64,000 nt of DNA, taken from positions 10,496 to 74,495 of the forward strand of contig CAJQPC010000081.1 in NCBI GenBank assembly GCA_905480105.1, given 5' to 3'. This document shows positions 16,659 to 26,039 of the stretch, piece by piece. A model generated the notes under the pieces. That model saw nothing but the letters and a program-made list of their open reading frames with translations, searched no databases and was not told the DNA's origin. Origin of the DNA: an uncultured bacterium (lineage in GTDB: Bacteria > Myxococcota_A > UBA796 > CAJQPC01). Positions within the stretch are counted from its first letter, which is position 1; every line of letters begins with the position of its first letter. Position numbers and translations under genes: made by a program.

Positions 16659-17555
16659 TTACTTCAATTCACTCCGTGGAATGCGCGTCAGGACCTTCTC
16701 TTCTCCTTGGGTGTTGACCAGAACCACGTGGCTCTCGGGTGCCCCCCCCAGCAGCACGGCTGCGCTGTTTGAGTCCAGGCCAGCCAGGGAACGCCCGTCT
16801 GCGGACACGACAATTTCGCCGATTTTTAGGGCCGCGGCTGCGGGGCCCTTGGGATGCAGGGCTGTGATCCGCTGTCCCTGTGGCACAGGCTCGATCTGCA
16901 GGCCCAAGGTGCCAGGCTCATCCAGCTCCTCGAGCTCGATGACCACGTAGTTTTCCGACTCCAGACCCACGTTGAGTTGAGCGCTGCCCACCATGCGGTC
17001 CTTGGCGGCGCTCAAGGTGTGGGGTCCGAGGGCCGCCGGAACGCGGAAGCTGCCGTCTCGCTCTACCGGGTTGTCGAAGTATTCCTGATCTAATCGCACC
17101 CGGGCTCCGGGAACGGGTTGGCCCTGAAAGCGGACCTCGCCGCGCAGTGTGGCGGCCTGAGCCAGGGTGTGGTCGCCCAAATCCACCCCTTGCCCTTCGA
17201 TGATGACCACCTTTTCATCGAGCAGGCTTAGCCCCTGTACAGCGGCTTGGAAGCGGTAGGTGCCGGGCTCTAGCTCTGGGTAGTGCAAGACGCCGTCTTG
17301 GCACTCGCTCTGGCCATCCGGTCGCATCTTCAGAGAGCCGTTGGGCAAAGGCTCCCACAGGTTGGAGCGGCAGTTGCTGACCGGGGTCCCCGCTGGTGTC
17401 AGCAGGCGAACGCGTAGCCCCTGACCGCTCAGGGCAGGCAGGACCGTGAGCTCTGATAGGGCTCGCTGTTCGCGGATTTTGAGGCCTGCCAAGGCCAGCA
17501 CAAAGCAAGTCACCGCGATCGTGGCCACAATCCAGGTCTCCCTACGCACACGCAC
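16659..17555 (-). CDS. Membrane-anchored protein with carboxypeptidase-regulatory-like domains and a C-terminal PDZ domain
   Basis: N-terminal TM (WIVATIAVTCFVLALAGL). There are two beta-sandwich-like segments (GTYRFQAAV.., LRGEVRFQGQPVPGARVRL). The C-terminus is PDZ-like: GLQIEPVPQGQRITALHPKGPAAAALKIGEIVVSADG. Confidence 0.6.
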   Translation of the reverse strand: MRVRRETWIVATIAVTCFVLALAGLKIREQRALSELTVLPALSGQGLRVRLLTPAGTPVSNCRSNLWEPLPNGSLKMRPDGQSECQDGVLHYPELEPGTYRFQAAVQGLSLLDEKVVIIEGQGVDLGDHTLAQAATLRGEVRFQGQPVPGARVRLDQEYFDNPVERDGSFRVPAALGPHTLSAAKDRMVGSAQLNVGLESENYVVIELEELDEPGTLGLQIEPVPQGQRITALHPKGPAAAALKIGEIVVSADGRSLAGLDSNSAAVLLGGAPESHVVLVNTQGEEKVLTRIPRSELK

Positions 17556-17606
17556 CTCCGCTGCAACGTGCTAATCCAGTATGGAACGCTGCGTCGAGGG
17601 TCAGTA

Positions 17607-18521
17607 ATGAGCCAATGGGCGACAAGACAGGTCAAGGGTCAGTTTCGCGATGTTCAACTGGACCTGGGTGGTCGTCCGGTCAAATTGCTGCCGTGGATTG
17701 GGCCCATGCAGCTTCTGCGGAACGACGCTTGTCGGGCCTGTGGCGATTGGCCCAGAAAGACCCCGTGTGCGGACTGCGGCGTCACAGCCTCCGAGGCGGA
17801 CAAACTCACCAATCGGCTGGCCGCCCGCATGGGAGGGGATCTGCTCACCGCTGCCGAGACTGCAGGAGAGCGGGGCTGTCATGTATTGGCTGTGCGCTTT
17901 GCCACCACCGCGTGGCACTTAGGCATCGACCCAGATGTGGCCATCACCGTTCGTCTTCAGGAGTTGAAGGCTGCCGGGTCGGCCGAGCTGGCTGCGGAAG
18001 AAGCGTTGCGCTGGGCCATGCCGCTGCGTGCACCGCCTTACGCTGCTGGAATCGCCGCGGAGCTGTTGGCAGGCATTGGCCGCGAGAGCGAGGCTTTGGT
18101 ACTCATTGACAAAGCGCTTGAGCGCACCCCCGAAGACGACTGCCTTCGCATGGGTCGTGCTCGAGTGCTGTTGGGACAGGGTGAGCTCAAGCTGGCAGGC
18201 ACAGAGTCTGCTGCGCTCTGCGTGCCCGGTCGTGAGTTGTTCGCAGAGGCCCTGCAGCTTGCGTTGGATGCGGCTGGACAACTGCTCAAGGCAGGGCATT
18301 CGGACGAGGCCCTGTTGGTTCTGGACGCCACGGCGCCGCACGGCCATCGGAATCCTGACGTGTGCGAGGCCATCGCCAGTGCGGAGACCCAGAGAGACCG
18401 ACTGCCCAGCGCCAGGCGTTGGTTGGTACACGCCTTGTCGTTGGATCCCATGCGTCCAGGGGCCCGTAAACGTCTGGGGCAGCTCGAAGATTTGATGGGG
18501 ATCGCGCGGAGTATTCACTAA
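17607..18521 (+). CDS. Zn-ribbon / TPR-like repeat protein (hypothetical)
   Basis: CRACGDWPRKTPCADC (CxxC-x8-CxxC) is followed by an alpha-helical, TPR-like repeat region. The start is uncertain: GTG at 17568 or ATG at 17607. Confidence 0.5.
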   Translation: MSQWATRQVKGQFRDVQLDLGGRPVKLLPWIGPMQLLRNDACRACGDWPRKTPCADCGVTASEADKLTNRLAARMGGDLLTAAETAGERGCHVLAVRFATTAWHLGIDPDVAITVRLQELKAAGSAELAAEEALRWAMPLRAPPYAAGIAAELLAGIGRESEALVLIDKALERTPEDDCLRMGRARVLLGQGELKLAGTESAALCVPGRELFAEALQLALDAAGQLLKAGHSDEALLVLDATAPHGHRNPDVCEAIASAETQRDRLPSARRWLVHALSLDPMRPGARKRLGQLEDLMGIARSIH

Positions 18522-18664
18522 GCCTGTCGACGCAGGGAGCGTGTCAAACCGGGCGAAGCGAGCTCTGCGTCGGTAGAGCCTACCTGGTCTTCGACCGCAG
18601 CGGGCTCGCATGGCCAGGATCTGGCACCTGCCATCCCAGGCTGGGGCGGGCTACGCTTTGGGGT

Positions 18665-19537
18665 ATGTCTTTGCCGCCCGTGGCCCTATTTGACCGTCTC
18701 CAGCAGCTGCGCCAGCAGGGGGACCGACCTGCCTTTCATGCCCTGGGCGACCAACTCAACGCCGAGTCTCCAGAAGCGCTCTGGTCCCTGTTGTTGCCGC
18801 GCTTGCAACCCCAAGACCGCAGCTTGCTCATGGCCCTTGGCAAGGCAATCTCTCTGCGTCCAAACTTCGCGCGGCCCGGCGTTACCCTAAAGATTCGCAG
18901 CCAGGAGGCTGTAGAGGCGCTCACCCTGATTGGCTGCGACTTGGGACCAGGACTGGTGCGCATGGTCATCACGCCAGGTGTAGGCCGAGAGGGTCTGCCC
19001 CAGTTGCTCAAGGCGCTGCCGACCGAGCATCTCACGGAGCTGCGCATGGATGAGAACGGTGTGCGGGACCGCCAGCCCCAGGTCAAGCGCGGGCCGGGCA
19101 ACGTGATCCACCTGGGGTTGCTGGGCGACAACCGCCTGTTGGAGGTGCTGCGGACGCTTCCAGCCCTGCGGGACCTGCGCCTCTGCGAGAACCGCATCGC
19201 GAAAGAAGGCGCGAGCCTCTTGGCCGCCATGCCCCTTCGCAAGCTGGACCTGCGGGCGAATCCAGTGGGGGACGCAGGTGCCATTCGCTTGTCTGCGTCC
19301 AAGACCCTGCGGGTGCTCAAGCTCGCTGACTGTGGCATTGGCGCCGCTGGGGTGGTCGCCCTGAGCTGCCTGCCAGAGCTGTTGGAGTTGGACTTGTCTG
19401 GCAACACCTTGGGAGCCCAGGGCGTGCGTGCCTTGTCCCGGACCGAAGGCCTTCTCCGCCTGACCCTGCGTGGATGTGGTCTGGAAGAGAAGCAACTCTC
19501 ATGCTTGCGCTCAGCTATTCCGGAGCTTCGAGCTTGA
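18665..19537 (+). CDS. Leucine-rich repeat protein, ribonuclease-inhibitor (RNI) type
   Basis: It has approx 28-aa repeats: LRDLRLCENRIAKEGASLLAAMPLRKLDLRANPVGDAGAIRLSASKTLRVLKLADCGIGAAGVVALS..LDLSGNTLGAQGVRAL. No signal peptide. Confidence 0.7.
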   Translation: MSLPPVALFDRLQQLRQQGDRPAFHALGDQLNAESPEALWSLLLPRLQPQDRSLLMALGKAISLRPNFARPGVTLKIRSQEAVEALTLIGCDLGPGLVRMVITPGVGREGLPQLLKALPTEHLTELRMDENGVRDRQPQVKRGPGNVIHLGLLGDNRLLEVLRTLPALRDLRLCENRIAKEGASLLAAMPLRKLDLRANPVGDAGAIRLSASKTLRVLKLADCGIGAAGVVALSCLPELLELDLSGNTLGAQGVRALSRTEGLLRLTLRGCGLEEKQLSCLRSAIPELRA

Positions 19538-19898
19538 TACTGCGGGCTCTTTTAACAGCCTCCTCTGCAGGGAACCCCCGGGGTGGTGCGTTGTGGCGAC
19601 CAGGACAGCGGGCTTCTGGAGAGTGGCGCTCAGGTCTGATGGTGGCACGAAGAGCTGCCCTGCCCTTAGAAGGAGCTCCGTAGCCAAAGGGGGACTCTCT
19701 GAACTCGGCTTTCCACGGGGGCTTCTTCAGGCGCAGCGCGTCCGTCTCTGAGCTTGTCAGTGCCTACCTTAGGCCGCCGTCTCCTTGGCCAAGTCTGGGG
19801 CGTTGTGCTAAGGCGCGTATCCCTCTGGCAGTTTGCCAAATCCCTTTGTATTTTCTAGCTATAGATCAGCGGCCCAGGCCCTGACATCGGAGAGACCC

Positions 19899-20630
19899 AT
19901 GCGGAACATGATCTTCTCGGCCCTGGCTCTCGCCAGCCTGGCCGCCTGCGCCCCCAAGGCTGACCACGACGAACTCGCTTCCAGAGTCGACGCTCTCGAA
20001 GCGCGCTTGGGCAAGGTGGAGAGCGCTCCTGCCAGTGGTCGTGGTGCAGCACCTGCCATCAACGCCGCCGACGAGGCCAAGGCTCAGGAGGTCTTCGGAC
20101 GCTTCAACGACGCCATGGGCAAGGGCGACATGGCGACGGCCAAGAAGGAGCTCGATGGGCTCTTTAAGGACTTTGGCAGCACCCAGACCGCCTCCAAGGC
20201 CATCCGCTACAAGCGTGAGCTTGACGTGATCGGCGCCGATGTCAAGAACCCCAGCATCGATGCCATGTACGTCGGCGCCGAGAGCGACATCGACTTTGCT
20301 TCCGGTACCACTCTGGTGGTCTTCTGGGAAGTCTGGTGCCCTCACTGCCGCACCGAGGTCCCCAAGATGAAGGAGGTCGCCACCAAGTACGAGGGCAAGA
20401 TGGACGTGGTCGGTCTGACCCGCCTCACCAAGTCCGCGACCGAAGAGAAGGTCAACGAGTTCATCAAGGAGCAAGAGGTGAACTACACCATGGCCAAGGA
20501 AAACGGCGAGACCGCCAGTGCCTTTGCCGTGTCGGGCATCCCTGCTGCTGCGGTCGTCAAGGACGGCAAGATCGTCTGGCGTGGACACCCAGGCCGCCTG
20601 AACGACGACACCATCGCCAGCTTCCTCTAA
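19899..20630 (+). CDS. TlpA/ResA-like thiol:disulfide oxidoreductase lipoprotein
   Basis: MRNMIFSALALASLAAC|A lipobox, a helical spacer, then a thioredoxin fold with the WCPHC active site (VVFWEVWCPHCRTEVPKM) and GIPAAAVV. Confidence 0.8.
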   Translation: MRNMIFSALALASLAACAPKADHDELASRVDALEARLGKVESAPASGRGAAPAINAADEAKAQEVFGRFNDAMGKGDMATAKKELDGLFKDFGSTQTASKAIRYKRELDVIGADVKNPSIDAMYVGAESDIDFASGTTLVVFWEVWCPHCRTEVPKMKEVATKYEGKMDVVGLTRLTKSATEEKVNEFIKEQEVNYTMAKENGETASAFAVSGIPAAAVVKDGKIVWRGHPGRLNDDTIASFL

Positions 20631-20669
20631 GCTTGGTGCTGTGACGACGAGGGCCCCCTCGGACTTCGG

Positions 20670-20716
20670 TCTCTGGGGGCCTTCCTTTCTCTGGGGGCCT
20701 TCCTTTCTCTGGGGGA
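20670..20716. repeat. Tandem 18-bp direct repeat, TCTCTGGGGGCCTTCCTT x2 plus an 11-bp partial third copy
   Basis: Read directly in the tlpA-like/fbaB intergenic region. It is preceded by the palindrome GAGGGCCCCCTC at about 20649-20660. Confidence 0.8.
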
Positions 20717-20803
20717 CAATGGGGGTGGCTTGGACGTTGCCTAGTTGGCATGGGTGGCACCTGCGACGTCGGTTAAGGCGGTGAGCAACCTATTGGAGGA
20801 CCC

Positions 20804-21874
20804 GTGGCCAACGACCGCATCGCTCAGCTCCTCGGCGACGAAGCCGACAGCTTGCTCAACCACAGCTGCACGACCATTCCTGCTGCCCGTCTGACGCAGA
20901 CCGGTCCAGACTTGGTGAACCGGGTCTGGGCCAAATCTGATCGCAACGTGCGCACCTTGCGCAACATTCAGGCGCTCTACGGGAACGGTCGCCTGGCAAA
21001 CACCGGCTACCTGAGCATCCTGCCCGTCGACCAGGGCATTGAGCACAGCGCGGGCGCCAGCTTTGCGCCCAACCCGGACTACTTCGACCCCCAGAACATC
21101 ATCGAGCTGGCTTACGAAGGTGGCTGCAACGCTGTGGCCAGCACCTTGGGTGTTCTCGGCATGGTCGCGCGTGAATGGGCCCACAAGATTCCCCTCATGC
21201 TGAAGATCAACCACAACGAGCTGCTCACGGTGCCCAACACCTTCGAGCAGATCCTCTTTGGCCAGATCGAGCAAGCTTACGAGATGGGCTGCACCGCTGT
21301 TGGCGCCACCATCTACTTCGGTTCCGAGGATTCCAACCGCCAGATCGTCGAGGTCGCTCAGGCCTTTGCGCACGCCCACGAGCTGGGGATGGCCACAGTG
21401 CTTTGGGCCTACCTGCGCAACCCGGCCTTCAAGAGCGGCGGGGTCGATTACCACACCAGCGCCGACCTGACAGGTCAGGCCAACCACTTGGCCGCCACCC
21501 TGCACGCTGACATCGTGAAGCAGAAGATGGCCACCAACAATGGCGGCTATCGGGCTCTGAACATGGGCGACTCGGCCTATGGAAAGTTCGACGAACGGAT
21601 CTACACCGAGCTGAGCTCGGACCATCCGATTGACCTTGTGCGCTACCAAGTGGCCAATTGCTTCATGGGCCGCGTGGGTCTGATCAACAGCGGTGGTGGC
21701 TCGGGCAAGAACGATTTGGCACAAGCTGTACGCACGGCAGTCATCAACAAGCGCGCTGGCGGAGTCGGCCTGATTAGCGGCCGTAAGGCCTTCCAGAAGA
21801 CCCGCGCCCAAGGCATTGAGCTGCTCAATGCCATCCAGGATGTTTACCTGGACAAGGGCGTTACTCTTGCCTGA
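20804..21874 (+). CDS. fbaB: Class I fructose-bisphosphate aldolase (FbaB/DhnA type)
   Basis: GTG start. [56 protein letters not shown] and KINHNELL are collinear with E. coli FbaB as I recall it. Confidence 0.93.
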   Translation: MANDRIAQLLGDEADSLLNHSCTTIPAARLTQTGPDLVNRVWAKSDRNVRTLRNIQALYGNGRLANTGYLSILPVDQGIEHSAGASFAPNPDYFDPQNIIELAYEGGCNAVASTLGVLGMVAREWAHKIPLMLKINHNELLTVPNTFEQILFGQIEQAYEMGCTAVGATIYFGSEDSNRQIVEVAQAFAHAHELGMATVLWAYLRNPAFKSGGVDYHTSADLTGQANHLAATLHADIVKQKMATNNGGYRALNMGDSAYGKFDERIYTELSSDHPIDLVRYQVANCFMGRVGLINSGGGSGKNDLAQAVRTAVINKRAGGVGLISGRKAFQKTRAQGIELLNAIQDVYLDKGVTLA

Positions 21875-21951
21875 AGGGCCTTGCTCGTAGCGAATGCGCT
21901 ATCCTGTTGTCACGCGCCCGGGCCTTGTTGGACTTGGGCAGGAGGAGATCG

Positions 21952-22779
21952 ATGCTGTTCGTGCTCACGTTGATGCTAGCCTGTCCCGAGCCCCCCTCGG
22001 AAAGTGCAGAGGTAGAGAATGCCGGAACTCCCATGGGAGGCGGTGCTGGACAGCCCGGTTTAGCGGGTGAAGGTCCTGGAGATGGCCCCCCCCCCGAAGC
22101 GGGGCCGGGTCCAGGTGGCGGCACTGGGGGTCCGCCTGCGTACAACAGCGAGGTGGCCAACTCCCAGGCTGACCTATCCGAGCAGGCTGACGCGATCACG
22201 ATCAGCGGTTCCCTGACTTGCACCACGAGCCAGGGGCCCTTTGTAGTGCATGTTTTCCCACCGCCCCCCGATGGCCAAGCAGGGGAGATCAACAATGAGC
22301 CACCCCAGCCCGTGGCTGGCATGACGGTCAAGGAGGCAGGGGACTTTTCTCTCAAGGCCCCCAAGGGCACCATCGGTATGGTGCTCGCTTTTGACGACTC
22401 AGACGAAAACAATGAGCCGTCTGATGCGGGTATTTTCTTTGCCAACAGTGGTAAGCCTGTGGATCTGAGTGGAGACCTGAGCGTGAGCTTGGACTGCGCC
22501 GAAGTCGCTCCCCCCCTGTCTGGCGATGACGCGCCCGTAGGCCCCCTGTCACCTCCGACCCCGGTCGAGGCCCCTGAGGCTCAAGAAGAAGGCGGTGAGA
22601 GGGGGCCGGCCCCAGAGGACGGAACAGCTACGCCTCCGCCCGGACCGGGTGTGGTTGGCGAACTGAATGCTGGAGAACCACCCGAGGGAGGCGAAATGGG
22701 CCCTCCCGGTGGGCCTCCTGCCGGGAACGGGGATGGCCCTTCTGGCCCTCCCCCCGAGGGAGGCGCTGCACCTCAGTAA
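21952..22779 (+). CDS. Pro/Gly-rich lipoprotein (hypothetical)
   Basis: The ATG has an AGGAGG RBS. MLFVLTLMLAC|P lipobox. P/G-rich low-complexity flanks surround a central beta-sandwich-like segment (ITISGSLTCTT..FVVHVFP..). Confidence 0.55.
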   Translation: MLFVLTLMLACPEPPSESAEVENAGTPMGGGAGQPGLAGEGPGDGPPPEAGPGPGGGTGGPPAYNSEVANSQADLSEQADAITISGSLTCTTSQGPFVVHVFPPPPDGQAGEINNEPPQPVAGMTVKEAGDFSLKAPKGTIGMVLAFDDSDENNEPSDAGIFFANSGKPVDLSGDLSVSLDCAEVAPPLSGDDAPVGPLSPPTPVEAPEAQEEGGERGPAPEDGTATPPPGPGVVGELNAGEPPEGGEMGPPGGPPAGNGDGPSGPPPEGGAAPQ

Positions 22780-22826
22780 GGAGGATCCCCTCCTACCTTG
22801 CCCAAGTCGGTTAGCCGGGGGGTCCA

Positions 22827-24155
22827 ATGAAATCCTGGACTCCTTCAAGCTGGCGCGGGCTGCCGATCTCTCAGCAGCCCGACTACTCCGACCCCATGGC
22901 CGTCAAGGCGGCCACGCAGCGGCTGCAGGCCCTGCCACCCCTGGTGCATACGGGGGAGGTAGATCGTCTGCGACAGCAACTCGCCCGTGCCAGTCGCGGG
23001 GAGGCCTTTGTGCTTCAGGGCGGCGATTGCGCAGAGCGCTTCGTTGACCTGAATGCCCAGGCTATCCAGGACAAGCTCAAGATCTTGCTCCAGATGAGCG
23101 TTGTGTTGACCTGGGGGGCGCGCATCCCGGTGATTCGGGTGGCCCGCATGGCTGGGCAGTTCGCAAAGCCGCGCTCCAAGCCCACCGAGATCGTAGACGG
23201 TGTTGAGATCCCCACCTACCGGGGTGACCACATCAACAGCCATGATCCCTCGGATCGCCAACCCAATCCACAGCGGCTGGTGCAGGCTTACTTCCACGCT
23301 GCCACAACGCTGAACTACGTGCGGGCCTTGCTGGATGGTGGCTTTGCGGATTTAAGGCATCCCCAGCACTGGGACCTGGGCTTTGTGCGCAAGCCTACGC
23401 ACCGTGCCGCGTACCAGGACTTGGTCTCTCGTATCTTAGAGGCGGTGGACTTTATGGACGCCGTGGGGGCTGACTCACAGGGTGCTCTCTCGCGGGTGGA
23501 CTTTTTCACCTCGCACGAGGGTCTGCTGCTCCCCTACGAACAGGCCATGACGGTAGAGACCGAGACTGGGGCCTACAACCTCGGGGCACACTTCCTCTGG
23601 ATTGGTGATCGCACGCGTCAGCTGGACCAGGCCCACGTCGAGTACTTCCGTGGGATCCGCAACCCCATCGGCGTCAAGTGCGGACCGACCATGGCGCCCG
23701 ACGAACTGAAGCGCGTCTGCGAGACGCTAAATCCGGACAACGAGCCCGGTCGCCTGACTTTGATCACGCGATACGGCGCCTCCAAGGTTCAGGGGCTTTT
23801 GCCTGGCCACATCCAGGCTGTTCAGGAGTGCGGTGCCCAGGTCACTTGGTCCTGCGACCCCATGCATGGAAACACCCGCGGTACCCAAGACGGTTTGAAA
23901 ACGCGGGATGTGTCCAACATCCTGGGGGAGCTGTCCGCAGTGATGGACGGCCACCAAGCCGCCGGAAGCGTCTTGGGCGGGGTTCACTTTGAGATGACTG
24001 GAGAAGACGTCACAGAGTGCGTTGGCGGTCCCCAGGACCTAGCAGACCACGAGCTGGCGGAAGGCTACGAGAGCTTCTGTGATCCGCGCTTGAACTATGG
24101 CCAAAGCATGGAGATAGCTTTCCTCATCGCCCAGCGGCTGCGTCGGGAGACCTGA
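22827..24155 (+). CDS. 3-deoxy-7-phosphoheptulonate (DAHP) synthase, class II
   Basis: SWRGLPISQQPDYSD, AFVLQGGDCAERF, ARMAGQFAKPRS, YRGDHIN and DPMHGNT are the plant/actinobacterial-type AroA(II) signature regions. Confidence 0.93.
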   Translation: MKSWTPSSWRGLPISQQPDYSDPMAVKAATQRLQALPPLVHTGEVDRLRQQLARASRGEAFVLQGGDCAERFVDLNAQAIQDKLKILLQMSVVLTWGARIPVIRVARMAGQFAKPRSKPTEIVDGVEIPTYRGDHINSHDPSDRQPNPQRLVQAYFHAATTLNYVRALLDGGFADLRHPQHWDLGFVRKPTHRAAYQDLVSRILEAVDFMDAVGADSQGALSRVDFFTSHEGLLLPYEQAMTVETETGAYNLGAHFLWIGDRTRQLDQAHVEYFRGIRNPIGVKCGPTMAPDELKRVCETLNPDNEPGRLTLITRYGASKVQGLLPGHIQAVQECGAQVTWSCDPMHGNTRGTQDGLKTRDVSNILGELSAVMDGHQAAGSVLGGVHFEMTGEDVTECVGGPQDLADHELAEGYESFCDPRLNYGQSMEIAFLIAQRLRRET

Positions 24156-24158
24156 GCG

Positions 24159-24677
24159 GTGCGCTACGTCACTGAGATGCTGGACACCCTGTTCCAGCTA
24201 ATTGGCGTGCAACTCCCCCCATGGGGGGGCACGGTTTTTCTCCTGTGCGTCTTGGTGCTCCTGGGCCCCTTTTTTTACCGGAACAGCCTGACCAAAAAGG
24301 CCCGCAAGAGGCTCCAAGCCCTGAGTGCACAGGGCGGCCAAGCCCGCTTGGATGGTGAAGCCGAGGTTTTGGAGTTGGTGCGTGGCCATCCATTCGGCCT
24401 TGTGGTCGTCGTAGAGGAGGCCAGCAAGCGTGGCATGCATCGCTTGGTCGAGCAGGGGCTGGAGGCGCTGGACCGCACCGGGCGACACCGGGACCAGTTT
24501 CACCGACTCTCTCGTGAGCTTGGAGAAAAGCCAACAACCGCGGCAGCCCAAGCCATTGCCATTGAGCGCCTACGAGAAACCGGTCTGCATGTTCAAGCAA
24601 AGCTTCGGCTGAACAAGGCGCTGCTCAGGTTCCCAGACCATCCTGAGTTGTTGGCACTCATCCCGGGCGAGGAGTAG
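24159..24677 (+). CDS. Hypothetical single-pass membrane protein with a helical cytoplasmic domain
   Basis: It has a TM segment (GGTVFLLCVLVLLGPFF) followed by a basic stretch and a helical region. The start is GTG 24159 or ATG 24177. No domain recognised. Confidence 0.45.
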   Translation: MRYVTEMLDTLFQLIGVQLPPWGGTVFLLCVLVLLGPFFYRNSLTKKARKRLQALSAQGGQARLDGEAEVLELVRGHPFGLVVVVEEASKRGMHRLVEQGLEALDRTGRHRDQFHRLSRELGEKPTTAAAQAIAIERLRETGLHVQAKLRLNKALLRFPDHPELLALIPGEE

Positions 24678-24686
24678 GCCCGGCGC

Positions 24687-25853
24687 CTACTCGAAGAGTG
24701 CGGCCCGGATGGTCGGGTTGATGGCGCACGCCAGAACCAGACTGATCAGGAAGCCCAGACCCACCTTGAGCAGGTCCTTGCCCATCAGCTGAAGGCTGTT
24801 GATGAGCGGTCGGTCGTGTGCCTTGGCGAAGCTCAGACCGAGTTCGCGTCCAGCCAGCAAGCCGACGAAGACCCAGGTGGTGCTCATTGGGATGTCCGAC
24901 TGCACCTTGAAGACGTAGAGAATGACTGCGTAGAGCAGGTCAATCACCGTTGCGGCGCGCACATCGACCACGTTGGACTTCTCTTCCACGACCTTCTGGA
25001 TGCGCTCGCCACCCTGCCAGAAAAGAAGACCCAAGCCGGCGAAAATGACACCTGCGAACGCGGCGAACTGCCAGACGCTCAGGCTACGTGGCAGGTAGAC
25101 GGCCACGTTGGCTGCGTCCTGCTGTAGCCACACGGACCACAGGGTACCCGAGATGACCCACTGGCCAACACCCCATGCAGGATGGGCCTTGCCTACAAAG
25201 CGACGCTGCATGTAGCGGCCCAGAGTCACCCAGAGCAGGATGGCCAGGCCAAAGGCGATGCCGTAGCCTGTCAGACTCTTTGCGGTGATGGCCCAGATAC
25301 TCTTGCCGCTTGCAGCAAAGCAGCTCAGCAGAAGAAAAGTGGTGCTGACAGGCATGCGCAGGCGTGTCAGGATCAGCAGGAAGAGCGGTGCGGCTACTTG
25401 AAGCCACTGAAACTCGGTCGGTGCGGTCTCAAATCCCTTGGACGCCAAGCGGCCGTAGCTGACGTCTCCACCGTAGTTTACCCAAGAGTATGCAGCCGTG
25501 GCCAGGAAGATGCCGCCCATGAACAGCCAGAGCACCCACCAGGGGCGGTGCTTATTGGACGCAATGAAGGTGCCCAAGGTCTGGATGGAGTCGTTGGCCA
25601 CTGCAGAGTAGGCCGCGATTCCAAAGCCGACCCACATCGCGATGTGGGGCGTTTGATAGGTCAGTCCTGTGACCAAAAAGGCCACCAGCATGAGCGCAAT
25701 AAAGACGCTCTCCTTACGGAGAAGGTCGACAAAAACGCGACTGGGTGCCTGGATGGCATCCCGAGCTTGATTTGGCGCTGGCGCGTTCACGAGCAAGAGA
25801 CTCACGGTTGTAGAACCCCGGTTTAGAGTCCTTGTGTGTCGGGACGGTGGCAC
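24687..25853 (-). CDS. Polytopic membrane protein, inorganic phosphate transporter (PiT/PHO4)-like
   Basis: About 10 hydrophobic segments. There is an internally duplicated motif MPVSTT / IPMSTT and an N-terminal AVANDSIQTLG, resembling the PiT GANDxxN and P(V/I)S(T/S)T(H) signatures. The match is divergent and the start is uncertain (GTG 25853 or GTG 25805). Confidence 0.55.
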   Translation of the reverse strand: MPPSRHTRTLNRGSTTVSLLLVNAPAPNQARDAIQAPSRVFVDLLRKESVFIALMLVAFLVTGLTYQTPHIAMWVGFGIAAYSAVANDSIQTLGTFIASNKHRPWWVLWLFMGGIFLATAAYSWVNYGGDVSYGRLASKGFETAPTEFQWLQVAAPLFLLILTRLRMPVSTTFLLLSCFAASGKSIWAITAKSLTGYGIAFGLAILLWVTLGRYMQRRFVGKAHPAWGVGQWVISGTLWSVWLQQDAANVAVYLPRSLSVWQFAAFAGVIFAGLGLLFWQGGERIQKVVEEKSNVVDVRAATVIDLLYAVILYVFKVQSDIPMSTTWVFVGLLAGRELGLSFAKAHDRPLINSLQLMGKDLLKVGLGFLISLVLACAINPTIRAALFE

Positions 25854-25886
25854 CGCAGCACCGCCGGAGTTTCACAAAGAGTCTGC

Positions 25887-25945
25887 CTGGATAGTTTTTT
25901 CTATAGGTATATAGAACTACTGGATAATCATAAGATTCTGTATGG
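25887..25945. promoter_or_regulatory. AT-rich island with direct CTGGATA repeats in a divergent promoter region
   Basis: By hand count this 59-nt stretch is about 31% GC, in a genome that is otherwise more than 60% GC. CTGGATAG (25887) and CTGGATAA (25920) lie 33 bp apart. An imperfect palindrome CTATAGGTATATAG sits between them. Confidence 0.3.
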
Positions 25946-26039
25946 TGGGTCACCGCTGTGACGTTTTTGGTTCCCCGATCGCGGGTCTCCCTCTGCGTCA
26001 CAATGTCGGGTAAGGTGCTGCCCAAATCGGAGTAAGACG

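Noticed and set aside
19866-20588. 240-aa minus-strand ORF
   Set aside because: It is antisense to the TlpA-like gene, which has a lipobox and a WCPHC active site. Shadow ORF.
20670-20716. CRISPR-like interpretation of the 18-bp tandem repeat
   Set aside because: The copies are directly adjacent with no spacers, there are only about 2.6 units, and there are no cas genes.
20741-21811. 356-aa minus-strand ORF, the same length as fbaB
   Set aside because: It is the mirror image of the fbaB frame, which has unambiguous full-length homology. No start or RBS logic and no motifs.
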